Positions 39,795-51,228 of a DNA stretch of 64,000 bases are shown piece by piece. Numbering within the stretch: the first letter of the stretch is position 1; the number at the start of each line of letters is the position of its first letter. The stretch is from Cyanobacteriota bacterium (GTDB taxonomy: Bacteria > Cyanobacteriota > Cyanobacteriia > Cyanobacteriales > Nostocaceae), in NCBI GenBank assembly GCA_046045965.1, contig JBJOKS010000017.1, forward strand, positions 1-64,000, read 5' to 3'. Below the pieces are notes generated by a model that was not told the DNA's origin, searched no databases, and was given only the letters and a program-made list of their open reading frames with translations. Both the position numbers and the translations under genes were made by a program.

Positions 39795-42700
39795 ATGACG
39801 AGCAGTTACAGCGCCGATCAGATTCAAGTTCTGGAAGGTCTGGAAGCCGTCCGCAAACGACCAGGGATGTACATCGGTACTACAGGTCCGCGAGGACTCC
39901 ATCATTTAGTTTACGAGGTAGTGGACAACTCTGTTGATGAAGCTTTAGCTGGTCACTGTACCCATGTTGAGGTGGATATCAATGCTGATGGTTCTGTCAC
40001 GGTAACAGATGATGGTCGGGGTATTCCTGTCGATATTCACCCAAAAACCGGAAAATCGGCTTTAGAAACAGTATTAACTGTACTTCACGCTGGTGGTAAG
40101 TTTGGTGGTGGTGGCTACAAGGTATCTGGTGGTTTACACGGTGTTGGGATTTCCGTTGTTAACGCCCTATCTGAGTTTGTAGAAGTGACGGTTTGGCGAG
40201 ATAAAAAGGTACATACCCAGCGATATGAACGGAGTTTCCCCGTTACGGAATTAGTGGCCAAGCCTTACAAAGAAGATAGAACGGGGACTTCTATTACTTT
40301 CAAACCAGATACACAAATTTTTACCACCAGCATAGAATTCGATTACATCACTTTATCAGGTCGCTTGCGCGAGTTGGCGTATCTGAATGCAGGTGTAAGA
40401 ATTATTTTCACGGATCATCGTCTTGAACTCCTCAAAAGCGACACACCGAAAGTAGAAATTTACGAATACAAGGGTGGTATTAAAGAGTATATCGCCTACA
40501 TGAATCGTGAGAAACAGCCTTTACACGAAGAAATTATTTATGTGCAAGGGGAACGTAATAATGTTCAGGTGGAAGTTGCACTGCAATGGTGTACTGATGC
40601 TTACACTGATAATGTGTTAGGTTTTGCTAATAATATTCGCACTATTGATGGTGGTACTCACTTAGAAGGGTTAAAAGCAGTTTTAACCAGAACATTAAAT
40701 GCGATCGCTCGCAAACGGAATAAAATTAAAGAAAATGAATCTAACCTCAGTGGTGAACACGTCCGTGAAGGTTTAACCGCAGTTATTTCTGTTAAAGTCC
40801 CCGATCCTGAATTTGAAGGACAAACCAAAACTAAACTTGGTAATACAGAAGTTCGTGGTATCGTTGATTCTTTTGTGGGTGAGGTTCTCACTGAATACCT
40901 AGAATTTCATCCCAGTGTCGCTGATGCTATCTTAGATAAGGCTATTCAAGCCTTTAAAGCCGCAGAAGCTGCCCGTCATGCACGGGAGTTAGTTAGACGA
41001 AAATCAGTCCTAGAATCGTCTCCTTTGCCCGGTAAATTAGCTGATTGTAGCTCCCGTGATCCCTCAGAATCGGAGATTTTCATCGTCGAAGGCGACAGTG
41101 CTGGGGGCTGTTGGCTTGGAAACACAGTAATTTCACTTACCGACGGACGTAATATTACGTTCATAGAACTAATTGCAGAACAGGAAGCTGGCAAAGAGCA
41201 TTACTGTTATACGATGAGGGATAGCGGCAATATTGGGGTGGAAAAAATCATTAATGCCCGCATGACTAAAGCTAATGCTGAGGTAGTGAAAGTTACCTTA
41301 GACAATGGAGAGGTTTTAATATGTACTCCAGAACATCCGTTTATGTTACGTGATGGTACGTATAAGGCAGCAGCTTTATTAACTCCCGAAGATTCCTTAA
41401 TGCCTTTGTATCGAAAAATATCCCAGAAAAATGAACGGGGAACGGGACTTAATGGTTATGAAATGGTATGGAATCCTTTAAATGATAAGTGGATTTACAC
41501 TCACCTGTTAGCTGATTTCTATAACCTAGAACATGGGGTTTATCCATCTTCAGATGGTAGTCATCGTCATCATGTTGATTTTAATAAACGTAATAACGAC
41601 CCAACCAATATTAAACGGATGACTCCTCATGCACACTTAGAATTGCATCGGCAGCACATTGAAAAAACTTTACATCGTCCTGATGTGATTGAAAAGAGTC
41701 GTCAAGTTCATCAGAGTCCAGAGTTTCGCGCTTTCATGAGTGAAAGAATGCGAGATGAAAAAACTCGTCAAATTCTTTCCGCACAAGCTAAAGCTCAATG
41801 GGAAGATGAAGCTTATAAGGAATTTATGACGGCTAAATGGCGGGAGTTTTATGAAAATAATGAAAACTACCGTCAAGAAAACAGTGAGTTGCTAAATAAA
41901 GCGCAGCAAGAGTATTGGAGTGATGAAGCTAACCGTGTAGCGCAGTCTGAGAGGGTAAGGGAGTATTTTGCTAATAATCCCCAAGCCCGTGAGGTATTAT
42001 CTGAGTTAGCTAAGAAACAATGGGAAGATGAGGAATTATTAGCTTGGCGCAGTGAGAAAACTAAGGAACAATGGACTTATGAGTTTCGGTTGAAACGTCG
42101 CCAAGCCTTACATCAGACCTATTACAACAAGACTATTGCTGTTTTGAAAGAGGTAGAAATCCAAATCGGTTGGATAGATGAGGATATTTATGAATCATAC
42201 CGCAAGCGTCTCAAGGATAAGTCGCTTTTGAGATGGGATACATTTTGTGAACGCTATTATCAAGGTCGTCGGTCAGTTGCCAGGGAAGCAGTAAAAAACT
42301 ACAATCACCGTGTGGTAAGTGTGGAGAAGTTAGAAGAACGCCATGATGTCTATGATATCGAAGTTCCTAATACTCACAACTTTGCTTTAGCCGCTGGGAT
42401 TTTTGTTCATAATAGCGCCAAACAAGGACGCGATCGCCGGACGCAAGCAATTCTCCCCCTCCGTGGTAAAATCATCAACATCGAAAAAACCGATGATGCC
42501 AAAATTTATAAAAATACCGAAATTCAAGCTTTAATTACTGCTTTGGGTTTGGGTGTGAAAGGGGAAGAGTTCGACGCTTCCCAACTACGTTATCATCGTG
42601 TCGTGATTATGACTGACGCTGATGTGGATGGGGCGCATATCCGTACACTTTTGTTAACTTTCTTTTATCGTTATCAAAGGGCGCTGATTGAACAAGGTTT

Positions 42701-43037
42701 CATATATATCGCTTGTCCGCCACTATACAAAGTGGAACGGGGCAAAAATTATCAGTATTGTTATAGCGATCGCGAATTGCAACAGCACATCGCTACCCTA
42801 CCAGCCAACGCCAATTATACCATCCAGCGTTTCAAAGGTTTGGGGGAAATGATGCCTGAACAGCTATGGACAACTACAATGAACCATGAAACCCGTACCC
42901 TCAAACGAGTGGAAATTGAAGACGCAGCGGAAGCTGATCGGATATTTACCATTTTAATGGGCGATCGCGTCGCACCCCGACGAGAATTCATAGAAACCTA
43001 TGGTTCCAAACTTAACCTCACTGATCTAGATATCTAA
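39795..43037 (+). CDS. gyrB: DNA gyrase subunit B containing an intein
   Basis: VRKRPGMYIG, GGLHGVG, EGDSAGG|...|SAKQ, PLRGK, MTDADVDG, RFKGLGEM. Confidence 0.97.
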   Translation: MTSSYSADQIQVLEGLEAVRKRPGMYIGTTGPRGLHHLVYEVVDNSVDEALAGHCTHVEVDINADGSVTVTDDGRGIPVDIHPKTGKSALETVLTVLHAGGKFGGGGYKVSGGLHGVGISVVNALSEFVEVTVWRDKKVHTQRYERSFPVTELVAKPYKEDRTGTSITFKPDTQIFTTSIEFDYITLSGRLRELAYLNAGVRIIFTDHRLELLKSDTPKVEIYEYKGGIKEYIAYMNREKQPLHEEIIYVQGERNNVQVEVALQWCTDAYTDNVLGFANNIRTIDGGTHLEGLKAVLTRTLNAIARKRNKIKENESNLSGEHVREGLTAVISVKVPDPEFEGQTKTKLGNTEVRGIVDSFVGEVLTEYLEFHPSVADAILDKAIQAFKAAEAARHARELVRRKSVLESSPLPGKLADCSSRDPSESEIFIVEGDSAGGCWLGNTVISLTDGRNITFIELIAEQEAGKEHYCYTMRDSGNIGVEKIINARMTKANAEVVKVTLDNGEVLICTPEHPFMLRDGTYKAAALLTPEDSLMPLYRKISQKNERGTGLNGYEMVWNPLNDKWIYTHLLADFYNLEHGVYPSSDGSHRHHVDFNKRNNDPTNIKRMTPHAHLELHRQHIEKTLHRPDVIEKSRQVHQSPEFRAFMSERMRDEKTRQILSAQAKAQWEDEAYKEFMTAKWREFYENNENYRQENSELLNKAQQEYWSDEANRVAQSERVREYFANNPQAREVLSELAKKQWEDEELLAWRSEKTKEQWTYEFRLKRRQALHQTYYNKTIAVLKEVEIQIGWIDEDIYESYRKRLKDKSLLRWDTFCERYYQGRRSVAREAVKNYNHRVVSVEKLEERHDVYDIEVPNTHNFALAAGIFVHNSAKQGRDRRTQAILPLRGKIINIEKTDDAKIYKNTEIQALITALGLGVKGEEFDASQLRYHRVVIMTDADVDGAHIRTLLLTFFYRYQRALIEQGFIYIACPPLYKVERGKNYQYCYSDRELQQHIATLPANANYTIQRFKGLGEMMPEQLWTTTMNHETRTLKRVEIEDAAEADRIFTILMGDRVAPRREFIETYGSKLNLTDLDI
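41109..42413 (+). mobile_element. Intein (435 aa) with HNH homing endonuclease
   Basis: Starts Cys (CWLGNT), block B CTPEHPF, HRHHVDFNKRNN HNH, ends VYDIEV..THNF...VHN followed by Ser. Confidence 0.93.
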
Positions 43038-43076
43038 CTTACTCTCTAGATCATCTGCAAGCAACATCATACCCAT

Positions 43077-43105
43077 ATCCCTGACTTTTCAAAGAAGTTG
43101 GGGAT
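43077..43105. repeat. Palindromic dispersed repeat / terminator-like hairpin
   Basis: ATCCCTGACTTTT-CAA-AGAAGTTGGGGAT after the gyrB stop. Confidence 0.55.
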
Positions 43106-44111
43106 TTGTCTCCTGAGTGTTTTATGTTTAATTATGTATCCGATCCGCTTTTTTCCTAAATAGGTAAATTATTTAGTATATCCAATGACAAATTATTTCT
43201 CGACTGATTAAAATATCTTTGTATACAATAGGAACAGTTTGTCAAGTTGCATAGGGTTGAAATTTCCGTAGTGCGCTAATGTGTTAATAAGGCCGAAAAG
43301 AGTGAACTCTAAATTCATCTATCAATCGGCTCATTCTGCCACCGCCTTAACTCCTTAGTTCCGGTGATGGGCATAATAGCATATACAAGGCTCAGTGCCT
43401 GGAAACAAACACCACCGTTGCAATATTCCCCTATTATCTACCCAGCGGTCAGACAAGTTTTGCTCTCTCACATCAGTGATTTATGAAGGAATACTAAACA
43501 TGAGTGCATCAATACTGCTAACTTGAGTAAACCTCCAATCTTCAGTTGCCAGGAAACTATTGTTGTACTTAAAGTCTAGAATCTTCCAGGAGCAAGTGTC
43601 ACTACCTTTTAATCTAGTGAGAATGCCACTGCAAAACCAAAAAGTTTTCAACAAGATTTAATGGTGTGACTACCGTTTTTAATGTCTTTTTGATAAAAGT
43701 GGCTTCATCTTGGCAAATGAGTTCGTGATTAACACACAAAAAGAGTGCAATTTCTGTGAAACAGGCTACAATCAGAACAGTCTTGACAGGTAAATCTGCC
43801 AGCAGTCATATCCATCATGTCTGAAGTGGTGAATTTCTTGATTAAGGTGCATCTGGTTTTAGACCAGTGAATCAGAAGTTGTGTACAACGACGACAGCGA
43901 TGAATTTTACTTTCTAAGAGCAATTCACATCACAGTGATCTGTGCCACTAAAGTAAAAAAATTCCGCCTCTATCTATTTAGAGGCAATAGCACCGGAAAG
44001 ATCATAGGTAAATTAGCCAAAAGCCTATTTTCGGTCAACAATCAGCTCGATAAAAAGAGCAATAACCACATCTTGAGTAATTGATTCTGCAAGGAGCATG
44101 AGGAACGCGGC

Positions 44112-45284
44112 ATGAACCAGGCTAACAACGTACTCGATAGCATTTATCAGCCTGACCTAGAAATGATAAATCCGCCTGAGATCGAAGAAGAACTCTTATT
44201 AATCGAGGATGAAGAGGACTTACTGCTTGTTGATGACGGCGAAATTGATGATTTTTTAGAGCCTCAGACTGATGAGGACGACGCAAAGTCTGGAAAAGCC
44301 GCTAAATCGCGTCGTCGGACACAAAGCAAGAAAAAGCACTATACCGAAGACTCGATTCGCCTTTACCTGCAAGAGATTGGTCGTATCCGTTTATTACGCG
44401 CAGACGAAGAAATTGAACTAGCGCGGAAAATCGCTGATTTACTCGAATTAGAAAGAGTAAGGGATCAGCTATACGAACAGTTAGAACGGGAACCTCAATT
44501 TAAAGAATGGGCAGAAGCGGTACAACTGCCATTACCAACTTTCCGTTATCGCCTCCACGTCGGACGCAGGGCGAAAGATAAAATGGTGCAATCGAACCTA
44601 CGCCTTGTAGTTTCTATTGCCAAAAAATACATGAATCGTGGCTTGTCCTTCCAAGACTTGATTCAAGAAGGTAGTCTCGGTTTGATTCGCGCAGCTGAAA
44701 AATTCGACCACGAAAAAGGTTATAAGTTTTCTACCTACGCTACATGGTGGATTCGTCAAGCAATTACAAGAGCGATCGCCGATCAATCTCGTACCATCCG
44801 TCTACCTGTTCACCTTTACGAAACCATATCACGAATCAAGAAAACTACCAAACTTTTATCTCAAGAAATGGGTCGCAAACCCACAGAAGAAGAAATTGCG
44901 ACTCGCATGGAAATGACCATTGAGAAACTGCGGTTTATCGCTAAATCTGCTCAGTTACCGATTTCATTAGAAACACCCATTGGTAAAGAAGAAGATTCCC
45001 GTTTGGGCGATTTTATTGAATCTGATGGAGAAACACCAGAAGATCAAGTTTCTAAGAATCTACTCCGGGAAGACCTAGAAAAAGTCCTCGACAGTCTCAG
45101 TCCCCGAGAAAGAGATGTTTTGAGACTCCGCTACGGGCTAGATGATGGTCGCATGAAAACTCTGGAAGAAATTGGTCAGATTTTCAACGTTACCCGCGAA
45201 CGAATTCGTCAAATTGAGGCCAAAGCACTCCGCAAATTACGTCACCCCAATCGTAACAGCGTCCTCAAGGAATATATTCGGTAG
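44112..45284 (+). CDS. sigA: Principal RNA polymerase sigma factor
   Basis: [49 protein letters not shown]. Confidence 0.97.
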   Translation: MNQANNVLDSIYQPDLEMINPPEIEEELLLIEDEEDLLLVDDGEIDDFLEPQTDEDDAKSGKAAKSRRRTQSKKKHYTEDSIRLYLQEIGRIRLLRADEEIELARKIADLLELERVRDQLYEQLEREPQFKEWAEAVQLPLPTFRYRLHVGRRAKDKMVQSNLRLVVSIAKKYMNRGLSFQDLIQEGSLGLIRAAEKFDHEKGYKFSTYATWWIRQAITRAIADQSRTIRLPVHLYETISRIKKTTKLLSQEMGRKPTEEEIATRMEMTIEKLRFIAKSAQLPISLETPIGKEEDSRLGDFIESDGETPEDQVSKNLLREDLEKVLDSLSPRERDVLRLRYGLDDGRMKTLEEIGQIFNVTRERIRQIEAKALRKLRHPNRNSVLKEYIR

Positions 45285-45385
45285 GATGACAGGTGACAGG
45301 CGACAGGTGACAGTAAAAAAGAGGGTATCGGGTGCAGGGTATATGAAGAAATATTTACCTCCTGACTCCTGACTCCTAAAAACTG

Positions 45386-45422
45386 AAAAACCTGGTGGTT
45401 GTAATTAACTACCAGGTTTTTT
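45386..45422. terminator. Bidirectional intrinsic terminator between sigA and hli
   Basis: AAAAACCTGGTGGTT-GTAATT-AACTACCAGGTTTTT. Confidence 0.8.
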
Positions 45423-45457
45423 AGTTTACAGAGAATTTTAATTTTGTGTCTCAAAAT

Positions 45458-45637
45458 TTACAGGATACCCCAGAAGTGTAGGAAGCCTTGGCCAGAGAAT
45501 AACTCGATTAAAGCAGCTGCTAAAAAGCCAATCATAGCCAAGCGACCATTCCAAATTTCTGCTTGGGGGGTGAATCCCCAACGCCAGCCGTTACGGTCTT
45601 CAGGTAGAGAAGTAATAGTTTTTGTTGCGTTAGTCAT
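45458..45637 (-). CDS. High-light-inducible protein (chlorophyll a/b-binding family)
   Basis: [19 protein letters not shown]xxNxR motif. Confidence 0.93.
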   Translation of the reverse strand: MTNATKTITSLPEDRNGWRWGFTPQAEIWNGRLAMIGFLAAALIELFSGQGFLHFWGIL

Positions 45638-45844
45638 GGTTCGCACTCCAAGTTGGATTTACTAACTTTTATTGCCTTATGTAAATTAATATAACAAATA
45701 TTTTCAATAATGCAAGGTTTATTTATTGATTTGTAGAAATTTATAAACGTAACTTCACAAATCTCATAAATCAGCTAAACGAATAAAACTCTTGTAAAGC
45801 AGACAAGATACCTACTCCACAAGAGCTTGATAAAATTACGATAT

Positions 45845-46034
45845 TTGACATACTCCCCACCCTAAAACTGCGGAGATTCTGGGTTCAAACAACAGTTGCA
45901 GGTATAGCCCGTCTTACACTATCTCGCCCAACAGACAATGCCCAGCCTGTTTGCACTATTTTATCAGCAAGCCGTCCTGGAAGGCTTGTCCTGAGCTCGC
46001 CGAAGGGACGGGGAACCTCAAACCCATTTTTTCG
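45845..46034 (-). mobile_element. Non-autonomous IS200/IS605-family miniature element (left end + omegaRNA-like scaffold + right end)
   Basis: Minus strand TTAC|CGAAAAAATGGG..CCGTCC..GGACGG left hairpin; right end AGAATCTCCGCAG..GTGGGGAGTATGTCAA. Confidence 0.72.
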
Positions 46035-46059
46035 GTAAAATAGATGCGTTTGGGCTGAT

Positions 46060-48579
46060 TTACACTCGCACCTCAATAACGGTAATAATCTTCTCATCTC
46101 GGTTGACCTGCAAGATGCTTTCACCTTTAGCATCTCTATCCAAGATAGGCACTGAGTCCACAGGTATTCTGACCACACGCTCCTTATTAGTAACTAATGC
46201 CACTTCTGCACCAGGGATAGCACGTACCATTGCCGCTAAATGATCAGTTTTGTTATGAAACTTCAGGATTTGTATACCTAAATCACCACGATTAGCTGCT
46301 CTTAAATTGCTGGCAGGCATTCGCTTGGCGTATCCTTCTTGAGTAACCAGCAATAACTGGTCATCTTTGCCAACAGTCACACAGCCAACCATTTGCTGAT
46401 TTTTCACTAAGCGAAATGCTTGTAAACCCATCGCTGCCCGACCCATAATAGGCAGTTGTTCCTCATTAACTGGAAAGCGTAATAAACGACCGCCCGAACT
46501 AGCTAAAATCAGATGTTGACCTGTGGTGGTGAACTCAGCAAAAGACAATTCATCATCATCTTTGAGTTTTAAAATCGTAATTCCGCGACGACTGAGGTTA
46601 GTGAATTCTTCCAAAGCCAAACGCTTAATGCGCCCTTGTTTGGTCAGAAGAACCATTTGAGTAGTTTCGGGAGATTCTGGCAGCACAAAGCGGCTAATAA
46701 TACCTTCTACATTGGCTTGAGCCGTACTGGTAAGCATGGTAATTAACGGTGTTCCCCGTGGAGAACGTCCAGTAGTGGCGGGAATTTCTCCCACTTTCAC
46801 AGGGTAAACTTTGCCTCCAGTATTGAGTATCAATAAATCTTGCTCAGTATTAGTTAACTCGGTTTGAAGAATAAAGTCATTTTCATGTAAACCGTTTTCT
46901 GCTTTTGGTTTTTTCCCGGTGGGAGAAAGACGACGGACATAACCGCGCTGGGTAAATTCTAAAACAGCTTCTTCTGAGGGCTGTTCCGATTTTGGATTTT
47001 GGATTTTGGATTTTGGATTTTCCCCATCTGCTGCTAATTGTTGGTGACTACCTTTATCTGCTTTAACTGCTATTTCGCTGGTAGATATTAACTTGGTACG
47101 TCGTGCATCGCTGTATTTACGTCTGAGACTACGAAAATCCTTTTTCAACGACTTCAGTAATTCCCGCCTGTCTTCGAGCAATCTCCTCAATGAAGTAATT
47201 TGCGCGTTAAGGTTGTCAAATTCCTGCTGCAAATTTTGCTGTTCTAAACTAGTAAGACGGCGTAATGGCATGGACAAAATTGCATCCGCTTGTACTTCAC
47301 TTAAATCCAGTTGGCTACAAAGGGTCATTTTGGCTGTACTACCATCAGCAGCGTGCCGTAAAATAGCAATGACTTCATCCAGTTTAGACAAAGCTGTTAG
47401 CAAGCCTGCGACCAGATTTACCCGGTTTTCAGCTTTACTTAACTCGTAACTGTAGCGACGGTTGAGGGTATGTTCTCGAAATTTGAGAAATTCCTGCAAC
47501 ATTTGTCGTAGGCTTAACTGGCGGGGTTGTCCATCTACCAAGGCCAAAAGAATTGCCCCAAAGGTCGTTTGTAGAGCAGTTTGGTGATACAAATGCTGAA
47601 GAACTTCCTGGGGGTTGGTATCGCGTTTGAGTTCAATGACTACACGCATTCCTTGGCGATCGCTCTCATCCCGCAAATCAGAAATACCATGTAAGCGACC
47701 TTGATTGACCAAATCGGCTACTTTCTCAATCCAACCAGCCTTATTCACTTGATAAGGCAATTCTGTGACGATAATCGCCGTCCGTCGCTTGTTACCCCTA
47801 GTTGCTGGTATCTCTTCTAGGTTAACTACACCCCGCAGCACAATTCCACCCTTACCTGTGGTGTATGCTTCCCGAATTCCTGAATTACCAACTATTTCCC
47901 CACCGGTGGGAAAGTCGGGTCCGGGAATGAGCTCAAATAACTTCTCATCTGTCAAATCTGGGTTGTCAATTAAAGCTATTAAGCCATCAACTATTTCCCC
48001 TAAATTGTGGGGTGGAATATTTGTAGCCATCCCCACAGCAATACCAGCACAGCCATTAAGTAAGAGGAATGGTAACTGAGCAGGTAATACAGTTGGTTCC
48101 TGCTGAGAATTATCGAAGTTACCGATAAATTCCACCGTTTCCTCGCCAATTTCTGCCAGCATTCCTTCATGACTCACTGATGCCAGACGCGTTTCTGTAT
48201 AACGCATTGCTGCTGGTGGGTCATTATCGACGCTGCCAAAGTTTCCATGTCCTGCTAGTAAGGGGTAACGGCTGGAAAATTCCTGTACTAACCTCACCAA
48301 AGCATCGTATACAGATTGATCTCCGTGGGGATGATATTTACCTAATACGTCACCAACTACACGAGCGCATTTTCGATAAGGTCTATCTGGTGTTAAACCG
48401 AGTTCGTGCATGGCATACAAAATTCGCCGATGTACAGGCTTTAAGCCATCACGCACGTCTGGTAATGCTCGCCCGACTATCACACTCATGGCATATTCTA
48501 GATAAGACCGTTGCATCTCGGTGTGCAGGGCTGTTGGAATTACCTGTCCCGTGGAGAGAAGGTTTAACTGTTGTGCCAT
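46060..48579 (-). CDS. Type IIA topoisomerase A subunit (second GyrA / ParC-like paralog)
   Basis: [28 protein letters not shown]; beta-pinwheel CTD without a clear GyrA box. Confidence 0.9.
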   Translation of the reverse strand: MAQQLNLLSTGQVIPTALHTEMQRSYLEYAMSVIVGRALPDVRDGLKPVHRRILYAMHELGLTPDRPYRKCARVVGDVLGKYHPHGDQSVYDALVRLVQEFSSRYPLLAGHGNFGSVDNDPPAAMRYTETRLASVSHEGMLAEIGEETVEFIGNFDNSQQEPTVLPAQLPFLLLNGCAGIAVGMATNIPPHNLGEIVDGLIALIDNPDLTDEKLFELIPGPDFPTGGEIVGNSGIREAYTTGKGGIVLRGVVNLEEIPATRGNKRRTAIIVTELPYQVNKAGWIEKVADLVNQGRLHGISDLRDESDRQGMRVVIELKRDTNPQEVLQHLYHQTALQTTFGAILLALVDGQPRQLSLRQMLQEFLKFREHTLNRRYSYELSKAENRVNLVAGLLTALSKLDEVIAILRHAADGSTAKMTLCSQLDLSEVQADAILSMPLRRLTSLEQQNLQQEFDNLNAQITSLRRLLEDRRELLKSLKKDFRSLRRKYSDARRTKLISTSEIAVKADKGSHQQLAADGENPKSKIQNPKSEQPSEEAVLEFTQRGYVRRLSPTGKKPKAENGLHENDFILQTELTNTEQDLLILNTGGKVYPVKVGEIPATTGRSPRGTPLITMLTSTAQANVEGIISRFVLPESPETTQMVLLTKQGRIKRLALEEFTNLSRRGITILKLKDDDELSFAEFTTTGQHLILASSGGRLLRFPVNEEQLPIMGRAAMGLQAFRLVKNQQMVGCVTVGKDDQLLLVTQEGYAKRMPASNLRAANRGDLGIQILKFHNKTDHLAAMVRAIPGAEVALVTNKERVVRIPVDSVPILDRDAKGESILQVNRDEKIITVIEVRV

Positions 48580-48913
48580 GAGTTTTTTCCCTGAATTCTA
48601 ACTATACAAAAGTCGCTGGAACTTACCACTGTAGCAACCACAGCATCACTGATAAAATAGGATTCCTCACACAATCTTGATCTTCAGAGTATAAAAAACC
48701 GTAGTATTATCCTTGATGTTGGGGATACACATTGATTATTAAAAAGGTGGCAGACATTATTTGCTGCATAACGTCTTATACCAAATTGGGTGAGTTTTTA
48801 TTGTGCAAATTCTATGAAACACGTTAAACATCAATCATTCCCAATCCAAAATCCCAAATCATAAATCCAATCTGGGTTATCATCCTCCCTTACCTACGCT
48901 AATTTAAATTCTC

Positions 48914-49318
48914 ATGAAAACAGTTTTAATTGTCGAAGATGATCTGATTAATGCTCGTGTTTTTTCCAAGATTTTGACCAAGCGTGGTGGCTTGGGGGTA
49001 AAACACACCGAAGATGTGGCAGAAGTAATGAAAATTGCCCAAGCTGGAGAAGCTGACTTGATTTTAATGGATGTTTCTCTATCACGCAGTATGTATCAAG
49101 GTAAGTCTGTTGATGGTATCAAAATTACACAAATGTTAAAATCTGATCCGCAAACAGCTAAGTTGCCTGTGATTTTGGTGACTGCACACGCTATGGAAGG
49201 CGATCGCGAGAACTTTCTCAAACAAAGCGGTGCTGATGGCTACATCTCTAAACCAGTTGTTGACCATCAGCAATTTGTTGATCAAATCATGGAACTTCTG
49301 CCCAAAACCGAGCCATAA
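48914..49318 (+). CDS. Single-domain response regulator (DivK/CheY-like)
   Basis: IVEDD, LMDVSL, VTAHAM, SKP. Confidence 0.9.
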   Translation: MKTVLIVEDDLINARVFSKILTKRGGLGVKHTEDVAEVMKIAQAGEADLILMDVSLSRSMYQGKSVDGIKITQMLKSDPQTAKLPVILVTAHAMEGDRENFLKQSGADGYISKPVVDHQQFVDQIMELLPKTEP

Positions 49319-49534
49319 GTATTTTGCTCTACTTTTCTGCCTATTTAGAATATATGTACTATAAATGGGTAAATTTAGGCAAGTATTCCTGGAGACGGGA
49401 AAGTGGTAATGGTAAGGTTGATTACCAATTACCAATTACCAATAGGGATTTAATTGATCCTTTGGTCTCAGGATTTTGAGCCTATTTACCAATTGTAGAA
49501 ATACCATTTGTAGAGATGTTCCGGCGGAATTTCT

Positions 49535-50419
49535 CTACTGTGTAGGCGGTGGATCAGGAATTAATACACCTTCCGGGAAATCTAAGGCTGATTGCATCCG
49601 TGGTAATTCTAAGAACTTTTTGGTATCTAGCAGTAGGCGTGTTCCCCAGAGATTTTGCTTGAGAAAATCTAAATCAGCATAGCGTTGATCTATGCGAATT
49701 GCGGCTTCTCCCATTGCTAATCCTTGTTGGATATCACCTTTAGTATACAGGGCTACTGCCAATGCTAATAAAGGTTCTGCGGCTTTTTTATCAATAGCAA
49801 CTGCATCCTGCCATTGCTTAATTGCACCTTGAACATCGCCCTGTTCGTATTTGATTAAACCAATGTTGTTAATCGCTGGCCAGAATTTTTTATCTTGGGA
49901 AACGGCTTGATTATATTGCGCGATCGCCTCTGGTAGACGACCTAGCATATAATAAGCATTACCCAAATCAAATAACCCCTCTGGATCATTGGGTTTTAAC
50001 TTCAAACCAGCTTGGTAATGGGCTGCTGAAGCCTGAAAATTTTCCCGCTGGAAATTAGCTGAACCCAAAGCAAACAAAATGTCAGGATTTTTGGGATTGA
50101 GCGTTTGCGCCTTTGTTAAGGCTGCGATCGCTGCATCAAACTCTTTAGTTTGTAAATGTAATCCACCTAACAGCAACCATACTTTATCATTTTTAGGAGC
50201 CAGCTGAGTTGCCAGCCTCGCTCTTGGTAAAGCCGAATCAATTTGTTGAAACTGCGCTAATTGAGCGGCCTGCTGGGCCAAGCTCAATCCTTGCTGCTCC
50301 AACTTAGCTGCATCAATCTGCACTGTATAAGGTATTAGTGCCTGTGCGTGAACAGATGAGGGCATATTCCACAAACCACAGACAACTAGAAGAGAAATTA
50401 AACGAAGGTGTTTCGGCAC
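49535..50419 (-). CDS. Exported TPR protein
   Basis: Signal peptide and multiple TPR repeats; GTG start after AGAGG. Confidence 0.82.
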   Translation of the reverse strand: MPKHLRLISLLVVCGLWNMPSSVHAQALIPYTVQIDAAKLEQQGLSLAQQAAQLAQFQQIDSALPRARLATQLAPKNDKVWLLLGGLHLQTKEFDAAIAALTKAQTLNPKNPDILFALGSANFQRENFQASAAHYQAGLKLKPNDPEGLFDLGNAYYMLGRLPEAIAQYNQAVSQDKKFWPAINNIGLIKYEQGDVQGAIKQWQDAVAIDKKAAEPLLALAVALYTKGDIQQGLAMGEAAIRIDQRYADLDFLKQNLWGTRLLLDTKKFLELPRMQSALDFPEGVLIPDPPPTQ

Positions 50420-50582
50420 ACTACCGCCTCTTAGCCACAAATCAAAGAATCTTTCAGATAGCTTAGACGATATCCGTTCTATATGAAAGGTGAAATTTAC
50501 AGTAATTATTGCTGGCTGCATTAATTACCGAAGATGATCTAAGTTTAGCTAAATATTTCCTCTTAAAAATTCATAACCCATA

Positions 50583-50632
50583 TTGACATCAGCATCAATA
50601 TCAATTAAATTAATAAGTAACAACATACTTAT
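50583..50632 (+). promoter_or_regulatory. tetR promoter with overlapping inverted-repeat operator
   Basis: TTGACA-17-TAAATT; ATAAGTA-N6-TACTTAT at 50613-50632. Confidence 0.6.
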
Positions 50633-50634
50633 TT

Positions 50635-51228
50635 ATGGCACGCATACCGAAAATTACTAATGAGCAAATTTTAGATGCAGCCCGTGAAATCTTTCTTCAG
50701 CAAGGTTTTGGGGCTTCAACCTTAGAAATTGCTCAAAAAGCAGGAATTTCGGAAGCATCTATCTTTAAACGCTTCTCCACCAAAGAAGAACTTTTCTTTG
50801 CATCAATGGGAATTGCCGATAAATCCCCTTTGCTCAAAGAACTCGATACCCTAGTGGGGAAAGGAAATCTGAAGCAAAATCTGATTCATCTGTGTCTTCA
50901 GATTTTGGAATTGAATCGTCAAATTGTGCCACGATTGATGATGTTGCGATCGCGTGGTAATGCTTTACCAGAAATGACAAATAGACCAGATTCCAGACCT
51001 ATCAGGGATTTGAAGACATTTACTAATTTTCTAGCAAGGGAAATAGAACAAGGACGACTGCGCCCCAGCGATCCCCAAACTACTGCTATGATATTGTTAG
51101 GCTCACTGATGAATTATGTCTTCTTAGAGCAGATGCACCCTACAGGAGATATCCCCGCAGATGAATCAATATTTGTTCAGAATTTAGTAGAGATTGTTTG
51201 GCAGGGAATTGCACCCACTCAAGATTAA
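50635..51228 (+). CDS. TetR/AcrR transcriptional regulator
   Basis: ILDAAREIF..GF..ST.EIAQKAGISEASIFKRFSTKEELF. Confidence 0.93.
   Translation: MARIPKITNEQILDAAREIFLQQGFGASTLEIAQKAGISEASIFKRFSTKEELFFASMGIADKSPLLKELDTLVGKGNLKQNLIHLCLQILELNRQIVPRLMMLRSRGNALPEMTNRPDSRPIRDLKTFTNFLAREIEQGRLRPSDPQTTAMILLGSLMNYVFLEQMHPTGDIPADESIFVQNLVEIVWQGIAPTQD

Noticed and set aside
43729..44084. Short ORFs upstream of sigA
   Set aside because: No recognisable features; more likely leader or promoter sequence
45885..46178. 97-aa ORF as a possible transposase fragment
   Set aside because: Overlaps the topoisomerase gene out of frame and runs through the element's left end; no HUH or RuvC motif
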